IMG/VR virus record: IMGVR_UViG_3300036399_001828
Coordinates: 1-29,263 of that record
Strand: one strand, 5' to 3'
Source of the DNA: a virus
Taxonomy: Duplodnaviria > Caudoviricetes
DNA: 29,263 nt
Below, piece by piece: positions 27,232 through 29,263 of the stretch. The translations under genes were made by a program, and so were the position numbers. The notes beneath the pieces are model-generated. The model worked only from the letters and a program-made list of their open reading frames with translations, was not told the DNA's origin and did not search any database. Position 1 is the first letter of the stretch, and the number at the start of each line of letters is the position of its first letter.

Positions 27232-27538
27232 ACCAATAACGGGATTTTGTTATAAACGTGCGGAGAAAATCCTTTTTATAGATTTATTTTCTGAAAAAAC
27301 CACAGAATATAAATTAGAACAATTTGAAAATTTTATTAATGAATATGATATAGACGAAACGTTTTTTATATTATGTAATAAAGAAGGCAGTTTTGTAACG
27401 CCTTTATTCAAATCATCTGCAACACCATATTTACAAAAATATCAAAAATCATTTGTATTTCAATTAGAAAAAGAACAATTAATATCATCAATTTATGAAA
27501 TTTGCATTTCAATGCAAAAAAAGAAAAAAGAAAATTAA
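27218..27538 (+). CDS. hypothetical protein
   Basis: 106-aa ORF overlapping the upstream gene. Confidence 0.6.
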   Translation: MVKNKPITGFCYKRAEKILFIDLFSEKTTEYKLEQFENFINEYDIDETFFILCNKEGSFVTPLFKSSATPYLQKYQKSFVFQLEKEQLISSIYEICISMQKKKKEN

Positions 27539-28218
27539 AAAGTCTTTAATTCTGCTAATATTTTTGTATTATTATTAATGGAATGAACGTAATAGCGAAT
27601 TAAGTTTCTAGCAGAAAGTGTAGTTGATATCGCAGATGTTCCGTTAAATACCCATTGATTTCCATATCCAGAGATGCTTTTTCCAGCAGATGCTACAAAA
27701 ACTACAATACTACCGCTTTGTCCGGGTGTTGCACCATTAAAATTACCCAAAATTATATTATGTCCTAATACTATATTAGCATTATGTCTTTCAGTTCCAT
27801 TGGTTATTGTAGAAAAATTAATAGTTATAGTGGCACCATCTGCGGTAGTCGTTAGGGCTAAAGGATCATCATAACTTGAAAATATATAATTGGTGACATA
27901 ATCATTTATATCATTTAAACTAGAACTCACAACATCTACTTTATTGTTCACATTTGTTGAATATGCACTAACAAAGTTTATATTATTTGTTAGTGTAGAA
28001 CTTACAGAAATCATTGTTGCACTTAAAAAGTTTATTCTTGAATTAAGTGTTGCACTAACTGAAATCATTGTTGCGCTTAAATAATTAACGCTATTAACAG
28101 TGTATGTTGATAAATTATAAAGATTAGTATCTAATGAAGAGAAACTAATGTTCATGGTGGATAAGGCATTGCCAATACACGTTGTTTTTACAACAAGATC
28201 AGGAATATAATAAAGCAT
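27535..28218 (-). CDS. short fibre/appendage structural protein
   Basis: 18-aa repeats N(Y/F)LSATMISVS.TL...I and a C-terminal fibre-tip-like domain (GQSGSIVV...YGNQWVF). A full TATAAATA lies 5 nt before the ATG at 28218. Confidence 0.65.
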   Translation of the reverse strand: MLYYIPDLVVKTTCIGNALSTMNISFSSLDTNLYNLSTYTVNSVNYLSATMISVSATLNSRINFLSATMISVSSTLTNNINFVSAYSTNVNNKVDVVSSSLNDINDYVTNYIFSSYDDPLALTTTADGATITINFSTITNGTERHNANIVLGHNIILGNFNGATPGQSGSIVVFVASAGKSISGYGNQWVFNGTSAISTTLSARNLIRYYVHSINNNTKILAELKTF

Positions 28219-28234
28219 AAAGTTATTTATATAG

Positions 28235-28276
28235 AAAAAACAAAAGGTCCATGAATTCATGGACCTTTTGTTTTTT
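28235..28276 (-). terminator. intrinsic terminator (perfect 42-bp palindrome)
   Basis: AAAAAACAAAAGGTCCATGAATTCATGGACCTTTTGTTTTTT. Confidence 0.85.
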
Positions 28277-28296
28277 AAAATTGATTTCTTATTTTA

Positions 28297-29118
28297 TTAG
28301 AAGTAATTTTTGTCTTTTTTACCACTACTAGTTTTGAAACCCGGTTTGACTTTACCGAAGTCCGCATCACCGTTCGACTTTACCAAATTAGTTGGCGCTT
28401 GACGTTTTGCCTTTCCGTCATAATTTCCCTGATCTCCTTTATAATTACTTTCTTCATTTCCATCCACTTCTTCTGGATCATAATCAGTTTCGGAATTTCC
28501 AAAATCTGCATCACCATTAGCTTTTACGAAATTAGTTGGCGCTTGACGTTTTGCCTTTCCGTCATAATTTCCCTGATCTCCTTTATAATTACCTTCTCCA
28601 CCAGTGAAACCATATGATTCGCTAGGAATGTCATCTTCTTCGCTCAAGTCATCTTCATAACCTGAATCTAAGGAATCATCATATTCGTCATCCACCATAT
28701 CGTCGCCAGAAAGAAGATCCACTAATTCTCCAAGTGTCATAGCTTTTAATTCAGAAAGAGTAAAAGATTGCTCATCTCCAGTTTCATCAGAAAGATCATT
28801 GGCGTCGAACACATTATTGTCGTCACCAACAGAACTTACTCCAGTTACTCCGCCACCCATTTCGTCCATCTCACGAAGGATTTTGTCGAAAATAGTTTCG
28901 GACCTATTAAATGAATCGTATGTGATTCCGCCATCTGCTTTGCTCATAGATTTTTTACTTTTTTTCCCTTTAAATTTAGGCTTACTGCCTTTGCGCTTAA
29001 AGGTTTTTTTCGGAGATTCTTCAGCTTCATCATCTTTTTTAGCAGAAACTTTCTTCTCTTCAATAACATTACCTTTTAGGTATGCATTCTCATAAATTGA
29101 TACTAAATCGTTGTCCAT
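28297..29118 (-). CDS. acidic/basic low-complexity protein with an internal duplication, possible prohead core protein
   Basis: Basic N-terminal block, D/E-rich middle and a duplicated NYKGDQGNYDGKAKRQAPTN; TAAATA-N5-ATG at 29118. Confidence 0.72.
   Translation of the reverse strand: MDNDLVSIYENAYLKGNVIEEKKVSAKKDDEAEESPKKTFKRKGSKPKFKGKKSKKSMSKADGGITYDSFNRSETIFDKILREMDEMGGGVTGVSSVGDDNNVFDANDLSDETGDEQSFTLSELKAMTLGELVDLLSGDDMVDDEYDDSLDSGYEDDLSEEDDIPSESYGFTGGEGNYKGDQGNYDGKAKRQAPTNFVKANGDADFGNSETDYDPEEVDGNEESNYKGDQGNYDGKAKRQAPTNLVKSNGDADFGKVKPGFKTSSGKKDKNYF
28385..28592. repeat. 64-bp identical direct repeat, period 144 bp
   Basis: 28385-28448 is identical to 28529-28592. Confidence 0.92.
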
Positions 29119-29168
29119 ATGTTTATTTACATTAAACACAACAATTTTGCTAAAAGTAAATAAACTAT

Positions 29169-29263
29169 ATGGCTATTAAGAAAGTAGATAAATTTTTAAA
29201 TAATAATGAAAGTTTGCCAATTAATATTACAATAGATTACACACCTGAACAAGCAATTGAAAT
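29169..29263 (+). CDS. probable terminase large subunit (gp17-like) N-terminus, truncated by the window edge
   Basis: MAIKKVDKFLNNNESLPINITIDYTPEQAIE resembles the gp17 N-terminal Y.GN.NL....IE(F/Y)T.EQ..E motif; TAAATA-N6-ATG. Confidence 0.5.
   Translation, partial: MAIKKVDKFLNNNESLPINITIDYTPEQAIE

Noticed and set aside
28219-28260. ORF-finder N-terminal extensions (also at 22684, 24324, 26574, 26977 and 29139)
   Set aside because: These starts fall in terminators, promoter boxes or the upstream gene; downstream ATGs fit the promoter spacing better.
432-29095. Other short antisense or nested ORFs in the track (e.g. 432..761, 1627..1914, 4187..4402, 4929..5327, 8628..8897, 16986..17270, 28799..29095)
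   Set aside because: They lie within or opposite well-supported features and lack recognisable motifs or promoter signatures.
1-29263. Stop-codon reassignment
   Set aside because: Genes are full length and densely packed under the standard code, and TAG and TGA occur at plausible gene ends.

Overview
This is an AT-rich segment of a large T4-like myovirus genome, distantly related to T4 and read in the standard genetic code. Replication and recombination genes lie on the + strand: UvsX, gp41 helicase with a class-3 LAGLIDADG intein, probable gp59, gp32 SSB, gp45-like clamp, gp61 primase and gp62. A baseplate/tail module lies on the - strand: gp54/19-like, a gp26-gp51 fusion, a second gp26, tape measure, gp48-like, gp53, gp27-like hub, and a gp5 spike split into two genes. 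Also present are probable internal head proteins, a glycosyltransferase, a GroES co-chaperonin, a short fibre protein and probably the start of the large terminase. The most notable non-coding signals are: (1) two tandem 'stem-ACAGCAA-stem' structured RNA elements upstream of gp32, with their own sigma70-type promoter, one carrying a perfect tRNA T-arm; (2) a window-wide TAAATA-N5/6-ATG architecture implying leaderless late mRNAs; (3) a hairpin overlapping a late promoter and start codon, resembling T4 early-transcript silencing; (4) an unannotated 27-aa repeat peptide between the two gp5 halves. All protein calls come from motif recognition by eye, not database searches.
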